Shown: piece after piece, positions 28,777 through 39,369 of the stretch
Numbering within the stretch: position 1 is the stretch's first letter
Layout: each line of letters opens with the position of its first letter
Assembly: GCA_003250975.1 (NCBI GenBank)
Contig: QKIY01000028.1
Location: 283,039-347,038 of the forward strand
Direction of reading: 5' to 3'
DNA from: Gammaproteobacteria bacterium
Lineage (GTDB): Bacteria; Pseudomonadota; Gammaproteobacteria; Eutrophobiales; Eutrophobiaceae
Length of the DNA stretch: 64,000 nt
The notes under the pieces: generated by a model
Databases searched by the model: none
The model's input: only the letters and a program-made list of their open reading frames with translations
What the model was told of the DNA's origin: nothing
Program-made: the position numbers and the translations under genes

Positions 28777-30528
28777 ATGGGAAAACCGGTTAAAGATACC
28801 TATTTATATTTTCGGCTGCTGCGCTACGTCAGGCCTTACTGGCGCCTGTTCCTAGTTACCGTGTTGTCTATGGTCATTGTGGCGGCGACCGACCCGGCAC
28901 TTGCCGCCCTGTTAAAACCGATGCTGGATGGCGCGTTTGTTAATAATGATCCCGAGATCATAAAAATGGTTCCCATCTTTCTTGTGTCCCTTTTCATCCT
29001 TAGGGGACTGGCATCGTTTGCCAGTGGGGCCTCCCTGCACTGGGTGGCCAACAAGGTTATCATGAATGTCCGTAATGAAATGTTTCAACGTCTGTTGACC
29101 CTCCCCAGCCGGTTTTATGATCACCAGACCAGCGGTGCCCTGATCTCCAAGTTTACCTTTGATGCGACCCAGATCAGGGATGCTAGTACTAATGCGATAA
29201 CGATATCCATCCGTGACACACTGTCTGTTGTCGGCCTGCTCGGCTGGATGCTATACACAGACTGGAAACTGACTCTTTTGTGCATGGTCTGTGCGCCGGT
29301 AATTTCTATCATCGTACTTATCATCAGGAAGCGACTGCGTAAGATGGGCCGCAAGGTCCAGGACTCCATGGGTGATATTAATCATATCCTTAATGAATCG
29401 ATCCAGAACCATAAACTCGTCAAGCTCTTTAACGGGCAGGAACACGAATACCTGCGGTTTTATGGCGCCAATAATAATAACCGCAGGTATATGATGAAAT
29501 ATGCAATTGCCGCGGTTGCCAGTGGTCCCTCGGTGCAGTTGATTACGGCCGTGGTACTGGCCTCGGTTGTATATATAGCAACACTACAGGCATCGGCCGG
29601 AACGACAACCGTGGGCGAGTTTGGTTCCTTTATTGCAGCAATGGTCATGATCATGACCCCGCTAAAAAGACTCGTTGCCCTGAATGAGCACTTGCAAAAA
29701 GGACTGGCGGCCTGTGAAAGCATCTTCGAGTTGCTGGATGAAAAACCTGAAGCGGATACCGGTCCACAGATAGCCGACCGGTCCAAGGGTGATGTTGAAT
29801 TTCGTGGTATTACTTTCCGTTACACCCCTGATGATAAGGAAGCGTTAGAAGATATCTCTTTGCATATCACGCCGGGTGAAACGGTTGCTCTTGTAGGCCT
29901 GTCCGGGAGTGGCAAGACAACGATTGCTAATCTGATTCCGGCCTTTTATCCCGTAAAAGAAGGGTCAATCCTCCTGGACGGTGTTGATATAAGGCAGTAT
30001 TCACTGGCTTCCCTGCGATCAAATATCGCATTGGTCAGTCAGGATGTGGCCCTGTTTAACGACACCATACGGAATAATATCGCCTACGGAAGTATGAAGG
30101 ATGCTACCGACAAGCAGGTTATTGATGCTGCGAAGGCCGCACATGCCTGGGAGTTCATAGAAAAGATGCCCGAGGGTCTGTACACTGTAATCGGCGAAAA
30201 GGGGCAACGTCTTTCAGGAGGACAGAGGCAACGACTTGCTATAGCCCGAGCCATACTGAAAGATGCACCCGTACTAATTCTGGATGAAGCCACTTCTTCG
30301 CTCGATACTGAATCCGAGCGCCATATCCAGGCGGCGCTGGATAATATTCGCAGGGGCCGCACCTGTATTATCATCGCTCATCGGCTTTCCACGATTGAAA
30401 ACGCGGATCGAATTCTCGTTATCGATCAGGGGAAGATAGTGCAGGCAGGAACGCACCAGGAGCTGATCGCGGAGGAAGGGGTATATGCCCGTTTGCACAA
30501 GGCCCAGTTTACTGAGGCGGTGCACTGA
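28777..30528 (+). CDS. msbA: Lipid A export ABC transporter (permease-ATPase)
   Basis: 6-TM domain plus GLSGSGKT, LSGGQRQR, ILDEATS and IAHRLSTIE; specific identity inferred. Confidence 0.85.
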   Translation: MGKPVKDTYLYFRLLRYVRPYWRLFLVTVLSMVIVAATDPALAALLKPMLDGAFVNNDPEIIKMVPIFLVSLFILRGLASFASGASLHWVANKVIMNVRNEMFQRLLTLPSRFYDHQTSGALISKFTFDATQIRDASTNAITISIRDTLSVVGLLGWMLYTDWKLTLLCMVCAPVISIIVLIIRKRLRKMGRKVQDSMGDINHILNESIQNHKLVKLFNGQEHEYLRFYGANNNNRRYMMKYAIAAVASGPSVQLITAVVLASVVYIATLQASAGTTTVGEFGSFIAAMVMIMTPLKRLVALNEHLQKGLAACESIFELLDEKPEADTGPQIADRSKGDVEFRGITFRYTPDDKEALEDISLHITPGETVALVGLSGSGKTTIANLIPAFYPVKEGSILLDGVDIRQYSLASLRSNIALVSQDVALFNDTIRNNIAYGSMKDATDKQVIDAAKAAHAWEFIEKMPEGLYTVIGEKGQRLSGGQRQRLAIARAILKDAPVLILDEATSSLDTESERHIQAALDNIRRGRTCIIIAHRLSTIENADRILVIDQGKIVQAGTHQELIAEEGVYARLHKAQFTEAVH

Positions 30529-30551
30529 TCACCAGGTGGGCTTTTTAACAG

Positions 30552-32540
30552 CTATCCGTGCAGCCTGAACCCAGAGATTCTTTTTTTCAACTGCGGAAGT
30601 TTTTCCGTTTGTGAGGCATAGCGTACATCGATATACAGGCGTGTAATGTCATCGATTGTATTGGCAAACGGATGTAGCTTACGCCCCGCACGCCGTGCAA
30701 AATCAAGTGGCCCTTCATGACACAGTCGTTTGACCCCGGCCCGTGACAATTTTCTGCAGAAGCGGTTATAGAGTTCCCTGGCGGCGTCTTTTTCTGCACG
30801 GTATTGCTTCAGCAGGCCAAGGGCCAGGGCAGTCAGCAGGAATAACACCAGGCAAATCATGAGAATGACGAGTAAAAATACATTATGCCTTGTCAGTCCG
30901 ATCCTGTTTAAGAAGTTGTCCTGTCTTTGTGGCCCGTAACTGATCACCCACTGGTTCCAGCGGTTGTTCACGTTGTCCCAGGCATTTCGCAGGCTGAGCC
31001 ATAGTGTGCGGGTAAATTGGTTGCGGGAAAAAACGACAGGAACATCCAGCGCGGCTTCAGGCAATGCACTCTCAATCCCACGCTCGACGCGTGCAGGGGA
31101 AACTGCCGATGTAGGATCTACCCTGACCCATCCCTTATCGCCCAGCCAGACCTCGGCCCAGGCATGGGCATTTCGCTGATAGACAATGTGATAGTCTCCT
31201 ACCGGATTATAGGTCCCTCCCTGATAGCCGGTTACAATCCGGGCAGGAATACCGGCCGCGCGCATCAATACAGCGAAGGCAGCCGCATAGTGTTCACAAA
31301 AACCCTGTCGTGTATTGAACAGGAAGCCGTCGATCAAATCGCCCGGCACCAGGGGCGGCGACAGGGTGTAATGGAATTCCTCCTCATTGAACCAGCGCAA
31401 GGCACGGTTGATGATGTCTATCGGACGATCGGCCTGATTGGCCCATTCCCTGCCCAGCGCCACGGTCTTCGGGTGGTAACCACGCGGCAATTGCAGGCCC
31501 CGCCGCAGCTCTCGCCAGGAGGCGGTCTCCAGTCGGTAGTCCGGGTATGACCTGAGTAAATAGCGCCAGCGATCCTTGACCGCCTCACGCGTTACGACTT
31601 GGTAAGCCTCTGTGAGTTGGGCCTTGTCCGGTGTTGCTGTCGGCATTTCAAGGACATACAACCAGCGTTTGTCCGTTGGTTCCAGGGTGATGATGTATTC
31701 AATCGGTTCACCCGAGAACTGGATGGCGGCAGGTGGATCGAGATTGTTCAGCCTGCGGCGCCAGGCCCGGCCGTCGGTATAGGTCAATACGGGACCACGC
31801 CAGTAGAGAGCAGTATTGTCCGGCTGGCCGGATATGAACTCCACCCGAAAGGCGACCTCGTTTGACTGGATTAAACGGCTCAGGCTGCCTGGGGTCAGGA
31901 CATCATCTACCCCCATCCGGCCCCTGACAGCATCTTCGGGCATCCCCCACAGCGGGCCATTGATCCGGGGAAAGAGCAGGAAAAGGACCAGCATCATGGG
32001 CAGGGCCTGCAATATCATTTGACCCCCGAGTACCACTCTGGCGGTAGGCAACTGACGCTTTCCGGGATCATTGAATGTGATGAGGCCAGCAATGATGACT
32101 AGCAGTGTTAATAGCATGAAGACCGCCGTGACGATGCTCTGCGAATAGAAGAAATTGGTGATAATGATAAAGAAACCGAGAAAGGTCGTGACATAAAAGT
32201 CCCGATCAATATGTGATTCCAGGACCTTGGAACCGGCCAGGAGAAGCAAAAGGGTCGTGCCGGCATCCCGGCCGAATAGGGTGTGGTAATAGCCATAGAT
32301 ACCCAGGATACCGGCCGCTATTGTCAGAAGCTTGATAACCTTGAGCACAGCATGGCCTGGCCCCGGCAGGGGCCAGTGATAAATGGCACAGGTAAGTCGC
32401 CAGGCGATCAGGATAAAAGGCAGGACAATAAACCACTGGGGGTTATGCAGGGTATGAGGAAGGATACTCATGCTGATGCCGCCGGTCAGCCAGTAAAGCT
32501 CGCGCACGCCCAGTTGTTTTTCAGTCATTGCTAATCCCAT
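30552..32540 (-). CDS. Membrane transglutaminase-like protein (DUF3488/TgpA type)
   Basis: Multiple TMs; catalytic triad motifs GFCEHYA, AHAWAEVW and WVRVDPT. Confidence 0.9.
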   Translation of the reverse strand: MGLAMTEKQLGVRELYWLTGGISMSILPHTLHNPQWFIVLPFILIAWRLTCAIYHWPLPGPGHAVLKVIKLLTIAAGILGIYGYYHTLFGRDAGTTLLLLLAGSKVLESHIDRDFYVTTFLGFFIIITNFFYSQSIVTAVFMLLTLLVIIAGLITFNDPGKRQLPTARVVLGGQMILQALPMMLVLFLLFPRINGPLWGMPEDAVRGRMGVDDVLTPGSLSRLIQSNEVAFRVEFISGQPDNTALYWRGPVLTYTDGRAWRRRLNNLDPPAAIQFSGEPIEYIITLEPTDKRWLYVLEMPTATPDKAQLTEAYQVVTREAVKDRWRYLLRSYPDYRLETASWRELRRGLQLPRGYHPKTVALGREWANQADRPIDIINRALRWFNEEEFHYTLSPPLVPGDLIDGFLFNTRQGFCEHYAAAFAVLMRAAGIPARIVTGYQGGTYNPVGDYHIVYQRNAHAWAEVWLGDKGWVRVDPTSAVSPARVERGIESALPEAALDVPVVFSRNQFTRTLWLSLRNAWDNVNNRWNQWVISYGPQRQDNFLNRIGLTRHNVFLLVILMICLVLFLLTALALGLLKQYRAEKDAARELYNRFCRKLSRAGVKRLCHEGPLDFARRAGRKLHPFANTIDDITRLYIDVRYASQTEKLPQLKKRISGFRLHG

Positions 32541-33516
32541 ACAATGCGAGTGCTTCGAGGCAGCTTTTACGGTGAGTCCTTCCCCGGCCCGTCTCTAGGG
32601 TGATGCCAGGTATGTCAAGGGCGTAGGCAGCGCCCCCCAGTTCGGCATCCAGTATCCAGCGGCATAATTGGGACAGCCTGTTCTCTACCGGCTTTTGTCG
32701 CAGGACAGGAGCATCCCAGCTTAAAATTACCTGCCGGTCACCATCACCTTTGAAACGCTTAATCAACAGGGGTTGTTCCCTGGCCAGCGCCTTCCAGGCG
32801 ATATTGCGTATGGAATCACCGGGGTGATAATGGCGAAACCCGTTAAAATCATCGATGCCATTTTCCTCACCCGATTCACTGGATGCCTGACCGAAGTTGC
32901 CAAGTGGCAGCGGCAAGTTGCCAAGCGGCCTCGGATATACCAGGCAAGACAGGTCCAGGTCTACGGTTGACCAGGCCCTGAACAGCCCCAAGGGATAAGT
33001 GGTGGACAGGACCAGTGAGGGCAGGTGTAGCCACCCGCGGCGGGTAGCCGGTACCGGCATTTCTATCTGTTGCCAGTGATCCGCGGGGACATCTGTCACT
33101 AGGGCGTGCCGCTCATCTTCAGGACCTGGCCCCATCAGCCGCGATACACTCCTGACGGAGACCTTGATGGCAAAGCGTGCCCGGCCACCGTAATTATCCA
33201 GGATCAGGGGAAAGCGGGCAGTATCACCAGTAAATACTGCCTCGGGCCTTACTCCCTTGATCAGCAGTCCCCTGAGGTTCCGGTAGCTGTGAATAATGCA
33301 AACCATGAAAAGGCCGGCTAGCAGGAAGGTCAGCATGAAGGCCATGTTATTGTTGTAGTTAATGGCACCCAGGAGCATGACCAGCAGCAGGAATGAAAAG
33401 GTGATGCCCTGGCGTGTGGGCAGGATGTACACGCGCCGGCGACTTAATCCCGAGCGCAGTTGTGAATCAAGGTTGGCAGAGACGTTTAACCGCTCAAGGA
33501 AGATCGCTTCCGGCAT
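32521..33516 (-). CDS. DUF58 domain protein
   Basis: YILPT..G, YPLGLF.AW and R.YHPGDS.RNIAWK motifs; between moxR and transglutaminase. Confidence 0.9.
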   Translation of the reverse strand: MPEAIFLERLNVSANLDSQLRSGLSRRRVYILPTRQGITFSFLLLVMLLGAINYNNNMAFMLTFLLAGLFMVCIIHSYRNLRGLLIKGVRPEAVFTGDTARFPLILDNYGGRARFAIKVSVRSVSRLMGPGPEDERHALVTDVPADHWQQIEMPVPATRRGWLHLPSLVLSTTYPLGLFRAWSTVDLDLSCLVYPRPLGNLPLPLGNFGQASSESGEENGIDDFNGFRHYHPGDSIRNIAWKALAREQPLLIKRFKGDGDRQVILSWDAPVLRQKPVENRLSQLCRWILDAELGGAAYALDIPGITLETGRGRTHRKSCLEALALYGISND

Positions 33517-33522
33517 CGGTTC

Positions 33523-34539
33523 TCAGGGTATCGGTACCTGTATGATTAGGTGTTGTGCCAACTCTTCTGGACGCCGCTCATCTTCCTGCAGACCATTTAA
33601 TCTGTGGCTGATAACACTCGGCAGGATCGCCTGGATATCTTCAGGAAGCACCTGCTGGTGACCCTCCATCAAGGCCCATGCGCGGGCGGCATGCAGGATG
33701 GCAAGACCGGCGCGGGGAGAGAGGCCATGACTGAACTCCCGGCTGTTACGGCTGTATTCCAAAAGGTCCTGCAGGTAATCGAGTATAGCTGTTGACGCAT
33801 GGACCTCATCACAGAGACGCTGGATCGCCAGTAGCCGTTCAGGTGTGATGACTGCCTTAACCTCTTTAAGCATGGTGCGACGGTCACGGCCCATCAGGAG
33901 TTCACGTTCGGCGACCGTATCTGGAAAACCCAGTTTGATCCGCATCATGAAGCGATCAAGCTGCGATTCCGGCAGAGGGAAAGTACCGACCTGGTTTGAC
34001 GGATTTTGTGTCGCGATCACAAAGAAGGGTTGCGGGAGTTGGCGCGTCTCACCTTCTACAGTTACCTGCTGTTCTTCCATTGCTTCCAGAAGGGCGCTCT
34101 GAGTCCGTGGAGTTGCGCGGTTGATTTCGTCGGCGAGGGTGATCTGGGTGAATATCGGTCCGGGGTGGAAGGTAAATGTGCCGGTGTCCCGATTGTAGAC
34201 CGAAACCCCGAGTATATCCGCCGGTAAAAGGTCGCTGGTAAATTGTATGCGTTGGAATCCCAACCCTAGGATATTGGCCAGGACATGTGACAGGGTAGTC
34301 TTGCCTACACCGGGTAGATCTTCGATCAAGAGATGCCCGCGAGCAAACAAGCAAGCCAGCGCGAGCCGGATAGCATGTTCCTTACCCAGTATGATCATCC
34401 GTGCGGCCTCGATGATGCCATCGATCTCCTGCCGGATCTGAGGTAACAGGATTTCTTTTCGGGATGTGCTCAAGTGTTTTTCCCCTGTTCCTGAAAATTG
34501 TACAGCATAATCAGCAGGAGGCGGTGTGTTTAATGTCAA
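33523..34539 (-). CDS. MoxR family AAA+ ATPase
   Basis: HLLIEDLPGVGKT, QFTSDLLPAD, ADEINR and ESQLDRF motifs; start uncertain. Confidence 0.94.
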   Translation of the reverse strand: MTLNTPPPADYAVQFSGTGEKHLSTSRKEILLPQIRQEIDGIIEAARMIILGKEHAIRLALACLFARGHLLIEDLPGVGKTTLSHVLANILGLGFQRIQFTSDLLPADILGVSVYNRDTGTFTFHPGPIFTQITLADEINRATPRTQSALLEAMEEQQVTVEGETRQLPQPFFVIATQNPSNQVGTFPLPESQLDRFMMRIKLGFPDTVAERELLMGRDRRTMLKEVKAVITPERLLAIQRLCDEVHASTAILDYLQDLLEYSRNSREFSHGLSPRAGLAILHAARAWALMEGHQQVLPEDIQAILPSVISHRLNGLQEDERRPEELAQHLIIQVPIP

Positions 34540-34579
34540 CCAATTGGCATTGTCACCGGGACGGTTTCAGATCCCTGGA

Positions 34580-35914
34580 TTATTCCCCTGCAACCGTCAT
34601 GTTCTCAATCAGCACTGAACCGGTGAGTATATTACCGCGGTAATCGATGTCTTTTCCTACCTCGATGAGTTTCAGATACATGTCTTTCAGGTTACCCGCA
34701 ACGGTGATCTCTTCCACCGGGTACTGAATTTCACCGTGTTCAACCCAGAAACCGGAGGCACCCCGCGAATAATCACCGGTGACCTGGTTGACGCCGAATC
34801 CGATCATATCAGTCACCAGCAGGCCACAATCCATTTTCCTGATAAGGGCCTGCAGATCATTGTCACCATGGCCGATGATTAGGTTATGTACACCGCCTGC
34901 ATTTCCCGTAGTTTGCATGCCCAGCTTGCGTGCCGAATAGGCATTCAGTACATAACCCTGGAGTATGCCCTCCTTGATAATGTCTCTTGCTCGTGTTGCG
35001 ACACCATCATTATCAAACGGGGCACTGCCAAGGGCCTTTTGCCGGTGGGGTTCTTCATGAATACGCACATGATCCGCAAAAATCTGTTCGCCCAGCCTAT
35101 CGAGCAGGAAACTCGCGCGCCGATACAGGCTGCTACCGGAGATGGCGGTAATAAATGCCGAAAACAGCCCTGAGGCAACCGGTGCTTCAAACAGCACGGG
35201 CACACTACGTGTACCCAGTTTTCTGGCACCGAGTCTGGCTACGGTACGCCTTGCTGCTTCCTCGCCTATGGCCTTGATGTCTTCCAGGTCGGACGCGTCA
35301 CGGCACTTGCTGTACCAGCCGTCACGCTGCATATTGCCGTGCTCTTCCGCAATCATGGTGCAGTCAATGGTATGGCTGGACCACTTCCAGCCATTGGCAA
35401 AGCCATGGGAATTGCCGTAGGCATGAGTACCCGAATAAGTACTGACCGAGGCACCGTCTGAATTGTTGATTCGCCTGTCCATGCCCTTTGCGATAGCTTC
35501 GCACTCCAGTGCCATGTTCCTGGCCTGTTCAGCAGTGATATTCCATGGATGATATAGATCCAGGTCCGGCACATCCGTTGCCATCAGCTCGGCATCGGCC
35601 AGGCCAGCGTGCGGGTCTTCGCTGGCAAATCGCGCGATCTCACAGGCGGCCCGCACTGTTTCCTTCACCGCCTTGTCGCTGAAATCGGAAGTACTGGCAT
35701 TACCCTTGCGCCGGCCCATATAAACAGTGACACCTAGGCCCTTGTCTCGTTCATGTTCAATTTTCTCGATCTCACCCTGGCGTACCGTTACGGAAAGACC
35801 GGTTCCGGTGCCAATGTCTGCCTCCGCAGCCGTTGCACCCTGTTTAATGGCCTCCTCGATAGTCCGCCGTATCAACGGGATCAGTTCATTGTTTTTTTCT
35901 ATCAATTGAGACAT
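34580..35914 (-). CDS. pmbA: Metalloprotease subunit PmbA/TldE
   Basis: DADLMA..LDLYHPW-like segment, FDNDG, TGNAGG and GDYSRGASGFW motifs; start set at MSQLI. Confidence 0.93.
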   Translation of the reverse strand: MSQLIEKNNELIPLIRRTIEEAIKQGATAAEADIGTGTGLSVTVRQGEIEKIEHERDKGLGVTVYMGRRKGNASTSDFSDKAVKETVRAACEIARFASEDPHAGLADAELMATDVPDLDLYHPWNITAEQARNMALECEAIAKGMDRRINNSDGASVSTYSGTHAYGNSHGFANGWKWSSHTIDCTMIAEEHGNMQRDGWYSKCRDASDLEDIKAIGEEAARRTVARLGARKLGTRSVPVLFEAPVASGLFSAFITAISGSSLYRRASFLLDRLGEQIFADHVRIHEEPHRQKALGSAPFDNDGVATRARDIIKEGILQGYVLNAYSARKLGMQTTGNAGGVHNLIIGHGDNDLQALIRKMDCGLLVTDMIGFGVNQVTGDYSRGASGFWVEHGEIQYPVEEITVAGNLKDMYLKLIEVGKDIDYRGNILTGSVLIENMTVAGE

Positions 35915-36012
35915 TGAAAATTTCACAATGGTAATAAAAAAGAGGCATCTTAACATTCCTGATTGAAATAAGTAGGTAAACATTAATGGATTGAATTTGG
36001 TAAAATTGGCGA

Positions 36013-38169
36013 ATGGATGTTTCCCCCATTCTTGATTCCCTTAATGCGGCACAGCGTGATGCCGTAGCGGCCGATAACGGCAATATCCTGGTACTAGCCG
36101 GTGCTGGTAGCGGTAAAACACGCGTGCTGGTCCACCGTATTGCCTGGTATATCCAGACAGGCCAGGCCACGCCTTTCAGTATTATGGCCGTCACTTTCAC
36201 CAACAAGGCCGCGGCAGAGATGTGCTCACGTATCGAAAGTCTGTTACAGCAACCCGTCGGCGGAATGTGGGTGGGGACATTTCACGGGCTGGCGCATCGA
36301 CTGCTTCGTGCACACTGGCAGGAGGCAGGGCTGCCGCAAAACTTCCAGATACTGGATAGTGACGATCAGTATCGCATTATCCGCCGTGTTATTCGCGGGC
36401 TGGAGCTGGATGAGTCACAATTCCCTCCGCGAGAGGCCCAGTGGTTTATCAACGCACGCAAGGATGATGGGCTGAGACCGGGCCATATTGATGATCAGGG
36501 AGATCACACCCTGCACCAGATGATTCGTATCTATCAGGCTTATCAAGAGACCTGTGAACGATCGGGGCTGGTGGATTTTGCCGAGCTATTATTGAGGGCG
36601 CATGAACTGTTTCGAGATCAAAAGGAAATTCTGCTTCATTATCAGCAGCGTTTCCGTTTTATTCTGGTCGATGAGTTTCAAGATACCAACTCTCTTCAGT
36701 ATGCCTGGTTGCGCCTGCTTGCGGGCAGTGATAATTACATGTTCGCGGTCGGTGATGATGATCAATCGATTTACAGCTGGCGTGGGGCAAGGATTGAAAA
36801 CATGCAGCGTTTTGAAAAGGACTTTGCCAATACACGCCTGATACGTCTGGAACAGAACTACCGTTCAACAGCCACGATCCTTAATGCGGCCAATTGCCTG
36901 ATTGCCAATAACAATGCACGGTTGGGCAAGCAACTCTGGACCGAAGGTGAAGAGGGGGAAAAGATCAGCCTGTATACCGCATTTAACGAGCAGGAAGAGG
37001 CACGGTTTGTTGTTGAACGCATTATCTCTCATTTCAATACACACGGCCGTTACATGGACAATGCGATCCTATACCGTGTCAGTGCACAGTCACGAGTTAT
37101 TGAAGAGGCGTTGATGCGATCAGCTGTTCCCTACCGTGTCTATGGGGGCATGCGATTCTATGAACGGGCAGAGATCAAGGATGCTCTGGCCTACCTGAGG
37201 CTTGCCACGTTCAGGGAAGACGATGCCTCGTTCGAACGCATTATTAACACCCCGCCACGGGGCATAGGTCAGCGCACCGTAGAAGAATTGCGTACGGTTG
37301 CCAGACAAAACAATTCATCACTCTGGGCCGCAGCAGACCACCTTTTGCTACATAAATTGCTCAACGCCCGGGCCTTGAACGCGTTGCAGGCCTTCATGAC
37401 GCTTATCCATCATATAGGCGAAACCAATAAGGGACTGCCCCTGGATGAGGTACTTGATAACGTGATTAAACGCAGCGGGTTGATAGAACATTACAAGAAG
37501 GAAAAAGGGGAAAAGGGTCAGGCACGCATTGAAAACCTAGAAGAACTGGTAACAGCAGCTGGTGAGTTCGAGGTCGGTGATGATGCGGAAACCATGGAAC
37601 CCCTGCAGGCCTTTCTGGCCCACGCCGCATTGGAAGCCGGCGAAACGCAGGCCAGTGCCTGGTCTGATTGTGTTAATCTGATGACCCTGCATTCTGCTAA
37701 GGGCCTGGAATTTCCAAATGTGTATCTCGTCGGTATGGAAGAGGGACTATTTCCCCACCAGAGATCCAGCGAGGACCTAGTGCAGCTCGAGGAAGAGAGG
37801 CGCCTCTGTTATGTCGGGATTACGCGGGCACAAAAAACACTGGTACTAACTCATGCAGAACATAGGCGATTACACGGCGCTGACTATTATCCCCAACCTT
37901 CGCGTTTTATCCGTGAATTGCCTGTCGAAGCCATCGAAGAAATCAGATTGGGTGGCAGTACGGTGCCGTCGACACTCTTTGGCGGCAAGCAGGGTGAGAA
38001 AAATGATACCGGTTTTTCACTCGGGCAACGGGTCCAGCACGCAAAGTTCGGGGAAGGCGTGGTCTTGAACTTGGAAGGAAACGGGGATAATACGCGTATA
38101 CAGGTCAATTTTGAGCAGGTCGGAAGTAAATGGCTGGTGGCGGCCTATGCCAATCTGCAAGTTACCTGA
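36013..38169 (+). CDS. uvrD: DNA helicase II
   Basis: AGAGSGKT, VDEFQD, LEQNYRS, HSAKGLEF and EERRLCYVG motifs. Confidence 0.97.
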   Translation: MDVSPILDSLNAAQRDAVAADNGNILVLAGAGSGKTRVLVHRIAWYIQTGQATPFSIMAVTFTNKAAAEMCSRIESLLQQPVGGMWVGTFHGLAHRLLRAHWQEAGLPQNFQILDSDDQYRIIRRVIRGLELDESQFPPREAQWFINARKDDGLRPGHIDDQGDHTLHQMIRIYQAYQETCERSGLVDFAELLLRAHELFRDQKEILLHYQQRFRFILVDEFQDTNSLQYAWLRLLAGSDNYMFAVGDDDQSIYSWRGARIENMQRFEKDFANTRLIRLEQNYRSTATILNAANCLIANNNARLGKQLWTEGEEGEKISLYTAFNEQEEARFVVERIISHFNTHGRYMDNAILYRVSAQSRVIEEALMRSAVPYRVYGGMRFYERAEIKDALAYLRLATFREDDASFERIINTPPRGIGQRTVEELRTVARQNNSSLWAAADHLLLHKLLNARALNALQAFMTLIHHIGETNKGLPLDEVLDNVIKRSGLIEHYKKEKGEKGQARIENLEELVTAAGEFEVGDDAETMEPLQAFLAHAALEAGETQASAWSDCVNLMTLHSAKGLEFPNVYLVGMEEGLFPHQRSSEDLVQLEEERRLCYVGITRAQKTLVLTHAEHRRLHGADYYPQPSRFIRELPVEAIEEIRLGGSTVPSTLFGGKQGEKNDTGFSLGQRVQHAKFGEGVVLNLEGNGDNTRIQVNFEQVGSKWLVAAYANLQVT

Positions 38170-38190
38170 CTGGTTATTTAGATATTTCAC

Positions 38191-39318
38191 TTGATTAATG
38201 CAGGAGCGGGCGCTCTTATGACAGTAACAAAACAGGTAATAATGCTTTTGCTTTCCATTTTGCTCGTTGCCTGTGACGGACCGGATATCGGTTCAGACGC
38301 TGACAAGGCCACAGCGGAACGACGGGTGTTTAACTGGAAGATGGTGACCACCTGGCCACCCGGTTTCCCGGTCTTCCAGGAAGGGGCGGAAGAGTTTGCC
38401 AGACGTGTCGGCGTCATGAGTAATGGCCGTCTTAATATCCGTGTCTATGCCGGCGGTGAACTGGTCCCCCCATTACAGGTGTTTGATGCCGTTTCCCAGG
38501 GGACAATCGAGATGGGACATGGGTCCCCATATTACTGGGCCGGCAAGGTCCCGGAAGCCCAGTTCTTTTCTTCCGTCCCGTTTGGTATGACAGCCAAGGG
38601 CATGAACGCCTGGCTGTACTATGGTGGTGGGCTGGAGTTGTGGCGTGAAGTCTATGCCCCGTTTAATGTCGTACCGTTTCCTATGGGTAATACCGGGATG
38701 CAGATGGGCGGCTGGTTCAATAAAAAAATTAATTCGCTGGATGATATCAAGGGCCTGCGTATGCGTATCCCCGGTCTAGGCGGCAAGGTACTGAAGCGCG
38801 CTGGCGGTAACCCGGTGTTAATGGCTGGCAGCGAGATCTATACGGCGCTTGAACGCGGGACTATTGATGCAACCGAATGGGTAGCGCCGTTTCATGATCA
38901 ACGCCTGGGACTAAATCGTGCGGCAAAGTTTTACTATTATCCTGGTTGGCATGAGCCCGGCACGATGTTTGAATTGATTATTAATTCAAATAAATGGAAT
39001 GAGTTACCGGCAGACCTGAAGCAGATCGTTGAAACTACGGCGACAGCTATCAGCCAGACGATCTACTCGCAAATGGAATACAATAACCAGATAGCCTTGC
39101 AAGCGATCCGGGAAGACAGCAGGATAGAATTGTTGCAGTTCCCCGAGGATGTGTTGCGGGAACTTAGAGCGCTAACCGCTGTCACGCTGGATGAAGAGGC
39201 TGAGGCCAATCCCGCATTCAAACGAGTCTATGAAGCCTACCGCAATTTCCGGGAAGACTACACTGAATGGACCCGGCTGAGTGAAGATGTCTATCAGGAT
39301 ATTCTGCGAAGTGAATAG
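38191..39318 (+). CDS. TRAP transporter substrate-binding protein (DctP/TakP-like), possible lipoprotein
   Basis: WKMVTTW, GNTGMQMGGWF, MRIPGLG and YYYPGWHEPG motifs; LVAC lipobox-like; start may be 38218. Confidence 0.9.
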   Translation: MINAGAGALMTVTKQVIMLLLSILLVACDGPDIGSDADKATAERRVFNWKMVTTWPPGFPVFQEGAEEFARRVGVMSNGRLNIRVYAGGELVPPLQVFDAVSQGTIEMGHGSPYYWAGKVPEAQFFSSVPFGMTAKGMNAWLYYGGGLELWREVYAPFNVVPFPMGNTGMQMGGWFNKKINSLDDIKGLRMRIPGLGGKVLKRAGGNPVLMAGSEIYTALERGTIDATEWVAPFHDQRLGLNRAAKFYYYPGWHEPGTMFELIINSNKWNELPADLKQIVETTATAISQTIYSQMEYNNQIALQAIREDSRIELLQFPEDVLRELRALTAVTLDEEAEANPAFKRVYEAYRNFREDYTEWTRLSEDVYQDILRSE

Positions 39319-39324
39319 ATAATA

Positions 39325-39344
39325 AAGGGCCTGAAAAGGCCCTT
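39325..39344. terminator. Hairpin between convergent genes
   Basis: AAGGGCCT-GAAA-AGGCCCTT with AT-rich flanks. Confidence 0.7.
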
Positions 39345-39369
39345 AATTGCTTAAATTAAAGAAGGGCGC

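Noticed and set aside
30552-34539. MoxR-DUF58-transglutaminase triad as a novel system
   Set aside because: A well-known, widespread arrangement; nothing unusual seen
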